A DNA stretch of 64,000 nt from a virus: positions 32,001-96,000 of IMG/VR virus record IMGVR_UViG_3300010413_002638. One strand, 5' to 3'. Both the position numbers and the translations under genes were made by a program. The notes under the pieces are model-generated. The model was given only the letters and a program-made list of their open reading frames with translations. It had not been told where the DNA came from and did no database searches. Within the stretch, counting starts at the first letter, position 1. Each line of letters starts with the position of its first letter. Shown here piece after piece: positions 38,109 through 47,290 of the stretch.

Positions 38109-39206
38109 CTAATCGACTATGCCTTTTTCAGCTGCCTCCAAACAGCCCGTAGCCACGCAATATAATGGTATATCAGAACAAGTAATCGTACCAATATCGA
38201 AGGGTACGTCCAATTCGTCAAACTTCTTGGAAACTCGTTTTACAAATCCCTTTGGTGAGCTAGTTCCACCGGCCATATAGACATTAATAGCTTCCCCGTC
38301 CAACCGTGCCTCGGATTCATTCTCCTCGAATCCCTTGATGATCCCGTCAATCACCGTGCTTATCAGCACATCATAATGTAGTACGATATCCAAGCCGATC
38401 CGGTCGTCTGGTTCTTTGCCCGGCGTCAAATCAACACTCATTTTCCGCTTAGACACCGTGGTCGGCGTTTCTTTGGCTGTTTTCTTGCGAATCTTAGACG
38501 CCAAAGCACTGTAGCCATGCCTGATTGCGACTTGCTCATCAATCCAATCACCAGCACCGACCCAGCAGAAAGAGAAGATCTCGAGCCCATATTTCACGTA
38601 GCTGACAGTGACAGTCCCGGCACCCCACGATATACCGATACCAGTACCATCTTGACTCATATTAATAACAATAGCGTGTGATTCACGAATGGCCTTGCGT
38701 TGAATCTTCGCCTTGGTTTCATAGCCATCAATCACGATATCAACGACCCGCTCATGGTAATCGATATTCAGATCTTTATTAAGAGCTGGGGCAGTGGTGC
38801 AATAACAGACCTTCAATTGATCACTGAACTTGCCAACTTCGTTCTCGGCCATTTCCATTAATCCCTGAACAATACTGCCCAGAATGGTCATGGCTTCTTC
38901 ATCGGCGGAAATGCCACCTTCGGCCATCGGTCGGCGAAGAGTGTCGTTTTTAGCGTAAGCAAATTCTTCGGCATCTTGGCCCAACACGACGGCTTGACCA
39001 TCTGGCATTTCGACCCATCTGGCTGCTCGTTTGGTTCCGTCGCTGCGGATTTTGTTGGGGTCATCGAGCATGTTTTTGATGAAGGGAGTGGCTCGCTCGA
39101 AGGGCCAATATCCGTTAATTTCGCTAATATAATGGACTTGACCTTCGTCGTCGCGGTAGGCGAGCACTACGGTGCGGGTGCCAATATCGATACCCAATTG
39201 TTTCAT
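38109..39206 (-). CDS. actin-like ATPase (MreB/volactin-like); the frame stays open upstream to 39653
   Basis: Phosphate-1 GIDIGT, RPMAEG, ESHA, phosphate-2 GISWGAGT, GAGDWID, adenosine MAGGTS; AGGAG RBS. Confidence 0.85.
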   Translation of the reverse strand: MKQLGIDIGTRTVVLAYRDDEGQVHYISEINGYWPFERATPFIKNMLDDPNKIRSDGTKRAARWVEMPDGQAVVLGQDAEEFAYAKNDTLRRPMAEGGISADEEAMTILGSIVQGLMEMAENEVGKFSDQLKVCYCTTAPALNKDLNIDYHERVVDIVIDGYETKAKIQRKAIRESHAIVINMSQDGTGIGISWGAGTVTVSYVKYGLEIFSFCWVGAGDWIDEQVAIRHGYSALASKIRKKTAKETPTTVSKRKMSVDLTPGKEPDDRIGLDIVLHYDVLISTVIDGIIKGFEENESEARLDGEAINVYMAGGTSSPKGFVKRVSKKFDELDVPFDIGTITCSDIPLYCVATGCLEAAEKGIVD

Positions 39207-39315
39207 TATACATCTCCTGCCGGTGTAAACATCACCAAGTCTATATACCTGGTAATTCTGTGTTGTGGTTATATCCAGCAAAAGCCCCTCAACCTGAGGG
39301 ACGGCGACGGGGAGG

Positions 39316-39747
39316 TCACTTTCTTCGACGACGGGCTCCGGGAGGGGTTCCGGTGATATCACAACTGGCACCGGCGTCGGCGGGACCGGGGTCGGCGGGG
39401 TCGTCGGGGGTGGCATCACTGACCTGACCACCTTCACTTCCTGTTTCGCCACTGTTTCCTTGTTGAATTTGTAAATCGTCATCTGTACGAACTGCGGACC
39501 CGAACCCGCCCCGTGGCCTTGGCGGTTTGAAGAGGTTGGGAGCGACGACTTCTGGTGGGAGTGGTTCGACTCTTCGAACCGTGATCGTTGAATCCTCTGT
39601 TGGAGATGAGACCGCAACTCCATCGCCAATTTTTTGCCGTTTGCTGAGAACATTCACCAGGGCCTCTAAAACATGGATAAGTCTAACTCCTAGATAGGCT
39701 AGAACTCCAACAAAAGCAGCAGAAATGGCAACAAAAGTCCAAATCAT
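39316..39747 (-). CDS. membrane-anchored hypothetical protein
   Basis: N-terminal TM helix; ATGA overlap with the upstream gene. Confidence 0.55.
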   Translation of the reverse strand: MIWTFVAISAAFVGVLAYLGVRLIHVLEALVNVLSKRQKIGDGVAVSSPTEDSTITVRRVEPLPPEVVAPNLFKPPRPRGGFGSAVRTDDDLQIQQGNSGETGSEGGQVSDATPDDPADPGPADAGASCDITGTPPGARRRRK

Positions 39748-41162
39748 GCGTGATTAACTCGAAAGAGAGGAATACCTGAACTAAGAGCCAACTTACCAAG
39801 CTGATCTATACCATTATCATAGAAAGCAAACCGCCTCCGTGTCTGCTCAGACTCCGTCCATATCTGTCCATCATTATAATAATCTAGCCTCGAAGTATGA
39901 CTCTTTCCCTCTATAATTTTATTATCACAACCAAATAGAGAAATACTACGCGGCCCCAAGAACAACGCAAAATGAGTAGCCATATGCACACAACTACCAA
40001 AATCACAAAACGGCGGATTAACCGACCTCAACACACCAATATCACCAATCTCAAACTGAACAGCACCCGGCACCACATGCCCGGCAAAAACATACTCTCC
40101 AGCCGTCTGATGTTCCAAAACATACGGAACAATAAAGCGTTGCTCAGGATATTTCTCACGCAGCTCGGAAATCACCTGCACGGAATTAGTCACCACATAG
40201 TCAGCATCCACCAACAAACCCACATAATCCACAGCAATCACAATATCATGATTATTGATCTGTGACAGATTCAAATAATCCAATGACGGACCATCTCCCA
40301 CCACAGCAATCCGTTTACCATGAGCTGTATTCCGCAACAAATAGACACCCAACAACTCCGGCTGCAAATGCTCCAACCACCACTGCGATGACCGCTCCGC
40401 CGATTCCGCAAACCTCACCAGCTCATCGATCCGACCAATATCAACCGAGCCTGGTTCCAACTCGCATGCCTCATAGAAATGCGTGATATGCTTCGGGAAC
40501 CAAGCTTCCATCATCCGTGCCAGATTACGCCTCGCTTCTGATTCCACCTCGGGGATTACTGCAATATAGCTATCATCCACCACCAATACTTCGCCACCGG
40601 CCATCCACGTCTTCAACGATAGACAAATATTATCGCCTGGGCCTGGGCTAGCATCGTCATCAAATCCACCAATTTCGTCAAAGAATTTCTTATTAATTGC
40701 TAAGCAGAACGCGGCCAACGGCGATTTATCGCCAAATCGCCGATTATACATTGCCATGCTCCATCGCATGCCATACCGTCGCCACCCTCTATCCTCTGTA
40801 GCCCACAGATTAGTGTCAAGAGAAAATGCGAGAGGGCTTACAAGTCTTTTCTCAGCTAGTTCACTAACGACTGGTAAGAACCAATCTTTTCCGAACTTAA
40901 CAGGAGCGGTAAGAAATACAAGCTGTTCGGAGGTGGCCAGTTTGGCAGCGGTATTCCAGGCTCGAGATCTACCCACTTGTTCTGTTTTAGATATAATATC
41001 CCAATCGTTCCACGGAAAACCGTGATCTTCCAGCGGAATGGCGTTTGTTTCATCACAAAGAATGATTTGTTCGACGTACTGTGGAGGAGTTTTGTCGATT
41101 AAGTCATTCAAAGTGCGTTCTATATGATCGCTGTTGCGACAGTAGATTATAAAAGTGGCCAT
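39744..41162 (-). CDS. GT2 (GalNAc-T-like, degenerate) fused to a DUF115/Maf/CstII-like domain
   Basis: QIILCDE, GRSRAWN, IGGFDD, LSLKTWMAGG; RIAVVGDGPSL, ISLFGCD. Confidence 0.72.
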   Translation of the reverse strand: MATFIIYCRNSDHIERTLNDLIDKTPPQYVEQIILCDETNAIPLEDHGFPWNDWDIISKTEQVGRSRAWNTAAKLATSEQLVFLTAPVKFGKDWFLPVVSELAEKRLVSPLAFSLDTNLWATEDRGWRRYGMRWSMAMYNRRFGDKSPLAAFCLAINKKFFDEIGGFDDDASPGPGDNICLSLKTWMAGGEVLVVDDSYIAVIPEVESEARRNLARMMEAWFPKHITHFYEACELEPGSVDIGRIDELVRFAESAERSSQWWLEHLQPELLGVYLLRNTAHGKRIAVVGDGPSLDYLNLSQINNHDIVIAVDYVGLLVDADYVVTNSVQVISELREKYPEQRFIVPYVLEHQTAGEYVFAGHVVPGAVQFEIGDIGVLRSVNPPFCDFGSCVHMATHFALFLGPRSISLFGCDNKIIEGKSHTSRLDYYNDGQIWTESEQTRRRFAFYDNGIDQLGKLALSSGIPLFRVNHA

Positions 41163-41179
41163 GAAAATATATACATCAC

Positions 41180-41335
41180 CTAGAATTTGTAACCGAAGAA
41201 TTCAATAGATTCTGCATATCCCTCGGCTACTCTTTCTCGCATTTCGTCAGTGTACGCTTCTTGATATGGTCGGTCAGAAAAGCAATTGACACGTGGCAAG
41301 ATGCGTTGAGCAATATCTAGATTATCATATTCCAC
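41180..41335 (-). pseudogene. C-terminal fragment of a sulfotransferase-like gene
   Basis: LPRVN...RPYQEAYTDEMRERVAEGYAESIEFFGYKF matches sulfotransferase C-termini; no PAPS-binding motifs upstream. Confidence 0.45.
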
Positions 41336-43008
41336 TTCTTGTTGCCCATCGATAGGGCACCAGTTCCTATCGATGGTCTCTTGGTCCTCCGGTGCACGTC
41401 CTGCGAGCGCAGGGATGCCGATACTTCTGGAGATGCGCAATCAAGAGGTGGGTCTTGCACGTTAGGACACCAGAACCAGGAATCCTCACAGCATTCGTCT
41501 TCTTCTGGTTCACCCCCGATAATGAGATCCCATGGATAAATTCCTGGGCGGGAGGCATCCAAACCGTACCAAACTGCTCCATCAGAACACGCTTCAACGT
41601 CCGTGCTAGGTATCCAACGAAATTCGTGTTTAGCATAATGTCTCTGCGTTACACAGCCAGGTTGAGGGTCCCAGTGCACAAGTTCCAACTCGGGAGACTC
41701 ATCACTTTCAAGCTCAACCTCATAACGATTGACATATTTGCACTCCTCTAAAGTCATCTGGGCAGAAGCAAAAACACTCTTCAATGTCGTCGCGTCAGAT
41801 AACGTGTTCGAATTCGGGAGCAAGCTGATCTTATCAACACATAATTCCTCCAGCAGATCAGCACAAATAGTGTAAATAATATCCAAATCACAATCAAGAC
41901 GAGCATTAATGATCGGACAACTGACTGTAACATTCGTGTCATCAATAGTACACTCAACAATCCGCAAATAACACTCGCCCGGATCACCCGTCAGCCCATC
42001 CGGACCCTTCTGACGCGATTTCACACACCAATCATTCGAAACATCAGCCCAATTGAAACCATTCAAAAAGACCGAACCACAAATGATATTCGTAGTCAGA
42101 TCATACTGAATACTCGCCTTCGTCGCCGCCTCATCCACATCCAAATCAGAAATAATCGTAATATCAGTAGGATCAACCGGGCTCACCTCTATCGTCACCG
42201 AAGGCGAACTCTCAACTACCGCCCCGCCCGTAATTATCGCCACTTTGCTCAGCGGAATATCACACAAACTCTCTGAATATTTCTCACCAAGAGCCCGCTT
42301 CAACAACAAATCACGAGTATGCTGGAAACTAGGCAACACCTCCGGATGAAACTTGTTATAAACAATCGCCATATGTTGCATCTGATCGACTGCCTTCGAC
42401 TCCTCGACAGTCTCCTCAGAAATCTTATACAAGCGAACTGATATTTCCGGCACATGACGATTCGGATACTCGATAGGACCGCCCGGCAAAATAGGTGTCG
42501 GCGTATGAATAGCAAAATCTAACCGAGTTTGTTGAATTTCCGATGGATAATAACAAACCTCCGGAGCACCAGGAACGCCATCTCGTCCCTTATCCCCCTT
42601 CGGCCCATTTGCACCACGTGCGCCAGGACAAATCTGCTTCATCAATATCTGAAACAGACGCCCCCTATCCACTTCGACACGAAGAGCGGATTCACCCTCG
42701 GGTGAAAACCGAAAAAGCTTGTCGCTCGAGCGGAAATAATACCAATAGGCGTCAACACCAGGATAAAGCTTGAGTGGACGAATATCGACGCCCGTTTTGA
42801 GATAAGCATCTAATTTGCTTAATCGCGAATAGATATCCGAATCGATTATACCGTTGTTGTTTTCAGTAACAACAGCCGGAGCTATCACGACGCCCTTGGA
42901 AATCCAAGCGTCGCTTTCGGCAGTATATTGCCAGCGGTTTCCGTAGACATCGGATACTTGATCTCCGTCAGTCGGATTTCGCGGAAATTTTCCGATGTTT
43001 GTGGCCAT
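41317..43008 (-). CDS. probable virion structural protein with short collagen-like repeats and a Cys-rich C-terminus
   Basis: FPRNPTDGD...WQY...W N-terminal motif; GARGANGPKGDKGRDGVPGAP; KGPDGLTGDPG. Confidence 0.6.
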   Translation of the reverse strand: MATNIGKFPRNPTDGDQVSDVYGNRWQYTAESDAWISKGVVIAPAVVTENNNGIIDSDIYSRLSKLDAYLKTGVDIRPLKLYPGVDAYWYYFRSSDKLFRFSPEGESALRVEVDRGRLFQILMKQICPGARGANGPKGDKGRDGVPGAPEVCYYPSEIQQTRLDFAIHTPTPILPGGPIEYPNRHVPEISVRLYKISEETVEESKAVDQMQHMAIVYNKFHPEVLPSFQHTRDLLLKRALGEKYSESLCDIPLSKVAIITGGAVVESSPSVTIEVSPVDPTDITIISDLDVDEAATKASIQYDLTTNIICGSVFLNGFNWADVSNDWCVKSRQKGPDGLTGDPGECYLRIVECTIDDTNVTVSCPIINARLDCDLDIIYTICADLLEELCVDKISLLPNSNTLSDATTLKSVFASAQMTLEECKYVNRYEVELESDESPELELVHWDPQPGCVTQRHYAKHEFRWIPSTDVEACSDGAVWYGLDASRPGIYPWDLIIGGEPEEDECCEDSWFWCPNVQDPPLDCASPEVSASLRSQDVHRRTKRPSIGTGALSMGNKKWNMII

Positions 43009-43078
43009 ATGGTAATCCCATTTATGGTATTTTTGGTGGACACCGGCACACAAATATTTATCTATTAGGATTAGATAG

Positions 43079-43333
43079 TTAGGGTTCCTCGCCGTGGACC
43101 CAACTAACATGCTTGTTATGTTCTTTATAGATCTGCTTCACGTCCTCCGGTATGAAATCTATCGGCCCTTCCCAAGCTAATTTACCATTGTAGAGGATGC
43201 GAATCCAACGACCGTGCTGATAACAGATTATTTCTTCTGCGTTGAGCTTTTCTTCTTTGGGCTTTGAGAAGAGTTTCTGGAGTATTTTACGCAATATCTT
43301 CATATAGTGGTGCTCCCCCGTCCTCATCATCAT
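43079..43333 (-). CDS. hypothetical protein
   Basis: Short ORF; start uncertain. Confidence 0.45.
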   Translation of the reverse strand: MMMRTGEHHYMKILRKILQKLFSKPKEEKLNAEEIICYQHGRWIRILYNGKLAWEGPIDFIPEDVKQIYKEHNKHVSWVHGEEP

Positions 43334-43348
43334 AATAAAATCTTTTTT

Positions 43349-43388
43349 AATTCTTAAGATTCTCTATTTTAAGATTCTCTTAAGAATT
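43349..43388. repeat. AT-rich direct plus inverted repeat
   Basis: TTAAGATTCTCT twice, bracketed by the inverted pair AATTCTTAAG / CTTAAGAATT. Confidence 0.6.
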
Positions 43389-44094
43389 TGATGATTCGGC
43401 ACTCTTTAGCGAACACTGTCACTTCAAGATCACAGCAAGCACCAGAACTATTACCAGTTCGCAGGGGGAGGCTAGCACATCCTGGTCGAAATCTGCGTCC
43501 ATGTTCCCGCCGTCATCACTTCCTTCCCAGGAAGCCGCTGTACTCTACCAGTTTCGGTACCTCGGGAACTTCGAGTTCTCTGATTATCACCCCAACAAGT
43601 ATCCTACCTCATTATCACTGCCAATGCTCCCGGCTTCGTCAAGGCTACGCACATCAAACTCACATAACAATCAAACAAATTTCGCACTGTCAACATTCTT
43701 GCCACTATGGGCGCTTCAACTAATTTCGCAAAAATCAGACAATTCAGGCGGTTCAACTTTCAGACAATTAATGAGTGCCTCGCCCCACCGTTGGTACATT
43801 GGGGGTGTCAATAATAGATAACCAGGTCCGGGTCCTCAGCCTAATTCATTCGTTTTTGGACGCTTGTCATCCTGAGGCGCGGCGTAGGACATGGGGGCTC
43901 TCATTGCTGAGCCCAGGCCCAAAAGGACCCTAAACGAACTATAACAAACCACTGTTGTCCAGGCCGACTGAGGTTCAACGGAACACCAACTGTGGCAATT
44001 TGGGCCACTATGTACGACGGGATTGACTACACCGTCGGTAGCTAAATACCAGAGCAACGCACCACAACAACAAATCCAATTTGTCGAGGATCAT

Positions 44095-45090
44095 ATGAGC
44101 TGTTGGAATCCCTTCGAAGAGCTGCGTTGCAACCCAACCGTCTACACCACCTGTTGCCCACCCTGGTTGGACAAGAAAATGTGGTATGGCGAATGGGAAA
44201 ACTACGACACACCAGCCCTAGAAGCAAGCCCCTGGGAAGTCTGGAACAACCCCGTACTTCAAGAACTCCGCAAAGCCATCCTCAATTACGACTATAGTAA
44301 TTGCACCAACTGTGCCAAAGTCTTCGCCGGGCACCTCGAAAAAGTCATCGAACCCTGGATGAAGCCTATTCTGGAAGTACCACCACGGCGCTTATGGCTC
44401 GAACACGACCGCCACTGCCAACTAAAATGCCCCAGTTGTCGTCCCGCCTTTGTCATGCACACCGTCCAGCAAGACAAACGCGACACCAAAATCAAAGAAA
44501 TCTGTGAAGAATTCATGCCCACCGCGCTCTGGATCATCCTTATGAGCAGCGGAGAACCATTAGTCAGTCGCTCGACTCTTGAGATTATCTCTTGGGTCCA
44601 GAAATATCCTGAACTAGAAATGGAACTCTATACCAATGGTCTTCTTCTACCGGAGAGATGGGACCTATTGCCAGAGGAACAGATAGGCAAGATCAATATC
44701 AGTATCGATGCCGCCAGTAAAGAGACTTATGAGGATGTGCGGCGGCCAGGCAAATGGGCCAAATTATTACAGAGCCTTGCTCTCGTAGCCGAGAAAAGAA
44801 GATCGGGTCTTATTCCGGAATTTCAGGCGAATTTCGTAGTTCAAGCCAAAAATTTCCGAGAAATACCTGACTTTGTTCGCCTCTGCATCAATCACAATGT
44901 TACCTATTGCGTTTTCGCACCATATAATCAACTACACCATACCGATGAAGAATTTGCCGAGATCAATATCTTCAATCCCGATCATCCAGAACATTCGGAA
45001 TTCGTAAAGGTGCTGGCCGATCCTATTATTGCGGATGATTCGGTCTGGTGTCCGGATTTCTGGCAATTCGAACCGAGCTTGAAGAAATAA
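44095..45090 (+). CDS. radical SAM protein with an N-terminal SPASM/twitch-like Cys domain
   Basis: CWNPF...CCP...CTNC, then HCQLKCPSC, SGEP, YTNG, ISIDA; GAGGA RBS. Confidence 0.85.
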   Translation: MSCWNPFEELRCNPTVYTTCCPPWLDKKMWYGEWENYDTPALEASPWEVWNNPVLQELRKAILNYDYSNCTNCAKVFAGHLEKVIEPWMKPILEVPPRRLWLEHDRHCQLKCPSCRPAFVMHTVQQDKRDTKIKEICEEFMPTALWIILMSSGEPLVSRSTLEIISWVQKYPELEMELYTNGLLLPERWDLLPEEQIGKINISIDAASKETYEDVRRPGKWAKLLQSLALVAEKRRSGLIPEFQANFVVQAKNFREIPDFVRLCINHNVTYCVFAPYNQLHHTDEEFAEINIFNPDHPEHSEFVKVLADPIIADDSVWCPDFWQFEPSLKK

Positions 45091-45101
45091 AATATACAGA
45101 T

Positions 45102-45656
45102 ATGAAACTCTTCCATATCACCGAGCAGCGCCGTTGTCCTTCTTGCGGAAAACCGTTCAAGAAGGATGAGCCATATCCCGATGTAGAGAATTGTGAAGTC
45201 TGTGAGCGCTTCGGCCCACCAAAAACAGTCAAAGAAGATTTTAATTATGAGACTCCAGCTAAGGTGATGTGGCGGGACCTCATTCGAGACGCGATGAAAG
45301 AGTTTGATGTATCGTTCGACCTAGAGAACGATGATAAGGTGGTTGGTCGCGATATCAAAATAGGCGAAGATAATAAATTCTATTGTGAATTATGGAAAGC
45401 TGGTGGAGATTGGCAGAATCCTATCGCCTATTTCCGCTGCGAACTAAAAGACGGTTATCTGGAGAATCCCCTTCATTCTCAATATAATGATCCACATTTC
45501 GTTTTCATCCCCGGCGTGGACGAGGGAAACCCACACCTAGTCCGCACCAAGAACGGTAAGTGGTCCGCTCCTGACAACCAGGACGACGATGAGGGCGAAC
45601 CGGATGAAAAGCTATGTTGGAAGTCATTAAACGAATATCTCCAGAGTCTTGAATAA
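45102..45656 (+). CDS. Zn-ribbon protein starting MKLFHITE
   Basis: CPSC...CEVC; stop abuts the next ATG. Confidence 0.65.
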   Translation: MKLFHITEQRRCPSCGKPFKKDEPYPDVENCEVCERFGPPKTVKEDFNYETPAKVMWRDLIRDAMKEFDVSFDLENDDKVVGRDIKIGEDNKFYCELWKAGGDWQNPIAYFRCELKDGYLENPLHSQYNDPHFVFIPGVDEGNPHLVRTKNGKWSAPDNQDDDEGEPDEKLCWKSLNEYLQSLE

Positions 45657-46433
45657 ATGGTAATACCCGAACTTGTTGACGGTTGTCAACTACGCTGTGC
45701 CCTATGCTGGAATCGTTCCCGCGTACCATCCAATAATCAGATGTCAATGGAGGTCTTTGATAAAGTTCTAGAGAAATATGGGCGTGCTTCGCGGATAGAC
45801 TGGTTCAATTGGGGTGAACCACTTTTACATAAAGAATTTCTTACTATTGCCGAACGGCTTCGTGATACTAATTCTCGCATCAGCACCAATTTTTCACTTC
45901 CAGTGTCTGACGAATACTTAGAGGCTCTTAACAATTTCAAGATTGTTTATATTTCTCTGTCTGGTATGACCGAGCAGGTGTATCGAATTTATCACAAAGG
46001 TGGGGATCACGGGTTAGTATTTGATAACATTAAACGATTCATGGCTCGTGCGACGACGCATGTACGAGTTCGTTGGTTGATACACAAACATAATCAGCAT
46101 CAGTGGCATTGGTGTCGCAAATTCTGTAATTTACGGGGAATTAGATTCGAGCCAATACCATTAAATGCGGAAGTAGAAAACTTGCTCGAGGAGAGCTTCT
46201 CACACGATCTTTATGCGAAGACAGAGAAACGAGAGAAACGAACTACGTGTCATATCATAGAGTGGCTGCCGATAGGCTGGGATGGCCGTTATTACCTATG
46301 TTGTGCGAGCCATAACGTAGATACTGGGTATACTGTGTTTGATGATATCACACCGACCCAATTGATAGATATCAAGAAGAAATTACCACTCTGTCAAGAG
46401 TGTCAGAAGTACGAGATCTGGAAATATTTCTGA
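45657..46433 (+). CDS. radical SAM protein with a C-terminal twitch domain
   Basis: CQLRCALC, FNWGEPLL, ISTN; C...DG...CC...CQEC. Confidence 0.87.
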   Translation: MVIPELVDGCQLRCALCWNRSRVPSNNQMSMEVFDKVLEKYGRASRIDWFNWGEPLLHKEFLTIAERLRDTNSRISTNFSLPVSDEYLEALNNFKIVYISLSGMTEQVYRIYHKGGDHGLVFDNIKRFMARATTHVRVRWLIHKHNQHQWHWCRKFCNLRGIRFEPIPLNAEVENLLEESFSHDLYAKTEKREKRTTCHIIEWLPIGWDGRYYLCCASHNVDTGYTVFDDITPTQLIDIKKKLPLCQECQKYEIWKYF

Positions 46434-47023
46434 TGCAACGCATTCATGAAATTGTCTGCAAGAAGTTTGATATTGATGCTCGCTATGATAATCTGCCTTT
46501 GGCTGGAGTGACAGGTACCCGCAATGACCTGGCTGAGCTGTTCGCTGAGTTCGGATACAAGAAAGGTGCTGAAGTTGGTGTATGCGAGGGCATCTATTCA
46601 GAGATTTTATGTAAAGCTAATCCTGAACTTGAGCTAATTTGTATTGATCCGTGGGAACCCACTTTCAAGTATACACCACGTAAAGTAAGGCGACTCCAAA
46701 AAGAAGCTACAGAAAGATTGGCTCCTTATAAGGCTACATTGATAAAAGGTTATAGCTTAGAAGTAGTAAAAACTATCCCGGACAAGTCGTTAGATTTTGT
46801 TTATATAGATGCCTTACACGAATTTGATCCGGTGATAATGGATATTATCAATTGGATACCAAAGATTCGTCGTGGTGGCATTATCGCTGGCCACGATTTT
46901 TGTCACTTCAAGTATGGCGGTGTGGTATTTGCTGTGGAAGCATATACTCGTGCACACCGAATTGATCCGTGGTACGTGACACGATGTGACAGAGAACCAT
47001 CCTGGTTTTGGGTGGTTCAATGA
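46433..47023 (+). CDS. class I SAM-dependent methyltransferase (Methyltransf_24-like)
   Basis: AEVGVCEG, IDPW, LDFVYIDALH, GGIIAGHDF. Confidence 0.88.
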   Translation: MQRIHEIVCKKFDIDARYDNLPLAGVTGTRNDLAELFAEFGYKKGAEVGVCEGIYSEILCKANPELELICIDPWEPTFKYTPRKVRRLQKEATERLAPYKATLIKGYSLEVVKTIPDKSLDFVYIDALHEFDPVIMDIINWIPKIRRGGIIAGHDFCHFKYGGVVFAVEAYTRAHRIDPWYVTRCDREPSWFWVVQ

Positions 47024-47199
47024 GTGCCGCTGCAGACACAAGTGGGTTCGTAACCGGTACAAATGTCTGCGTATTGTTGGCACTGCATCTCTTTGTCGAT
47101 GAGATCCCACATTTCTTCGAGGTCGATCTGACCGTTACGAAACATTTCGACGAGAGAAGTTATCAGCATAGTTCCTGTGTGATCTAATGAATTGAACAT
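47017..47199 (-). CDS. small hypothetical protein
   Basis: GGAGG RBS. Confidence 0.5.
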   Translation of the reverse strand: MFNSLDHTGTMLITSLVEMFRNGQIDLEEMWDLIDKEMQCQQYADICTGYEPTCVCSGTH

Positions 47200-47290
47200 G
47201 GCCTCCGTCCTCCTATGGTCGGAGTTGCACCAGAACTTGCAAGAGCACCGATTCCAAACTATCTTTGGTCATATGCTAGCATCGCTAAAA

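Noticed and set aside
43801-43830. GGGGGTG as a tmRNA or tRNA 5' end
   Set aside because: No following TTCGAC motif or matching T-arm/CCA 3' end seen.
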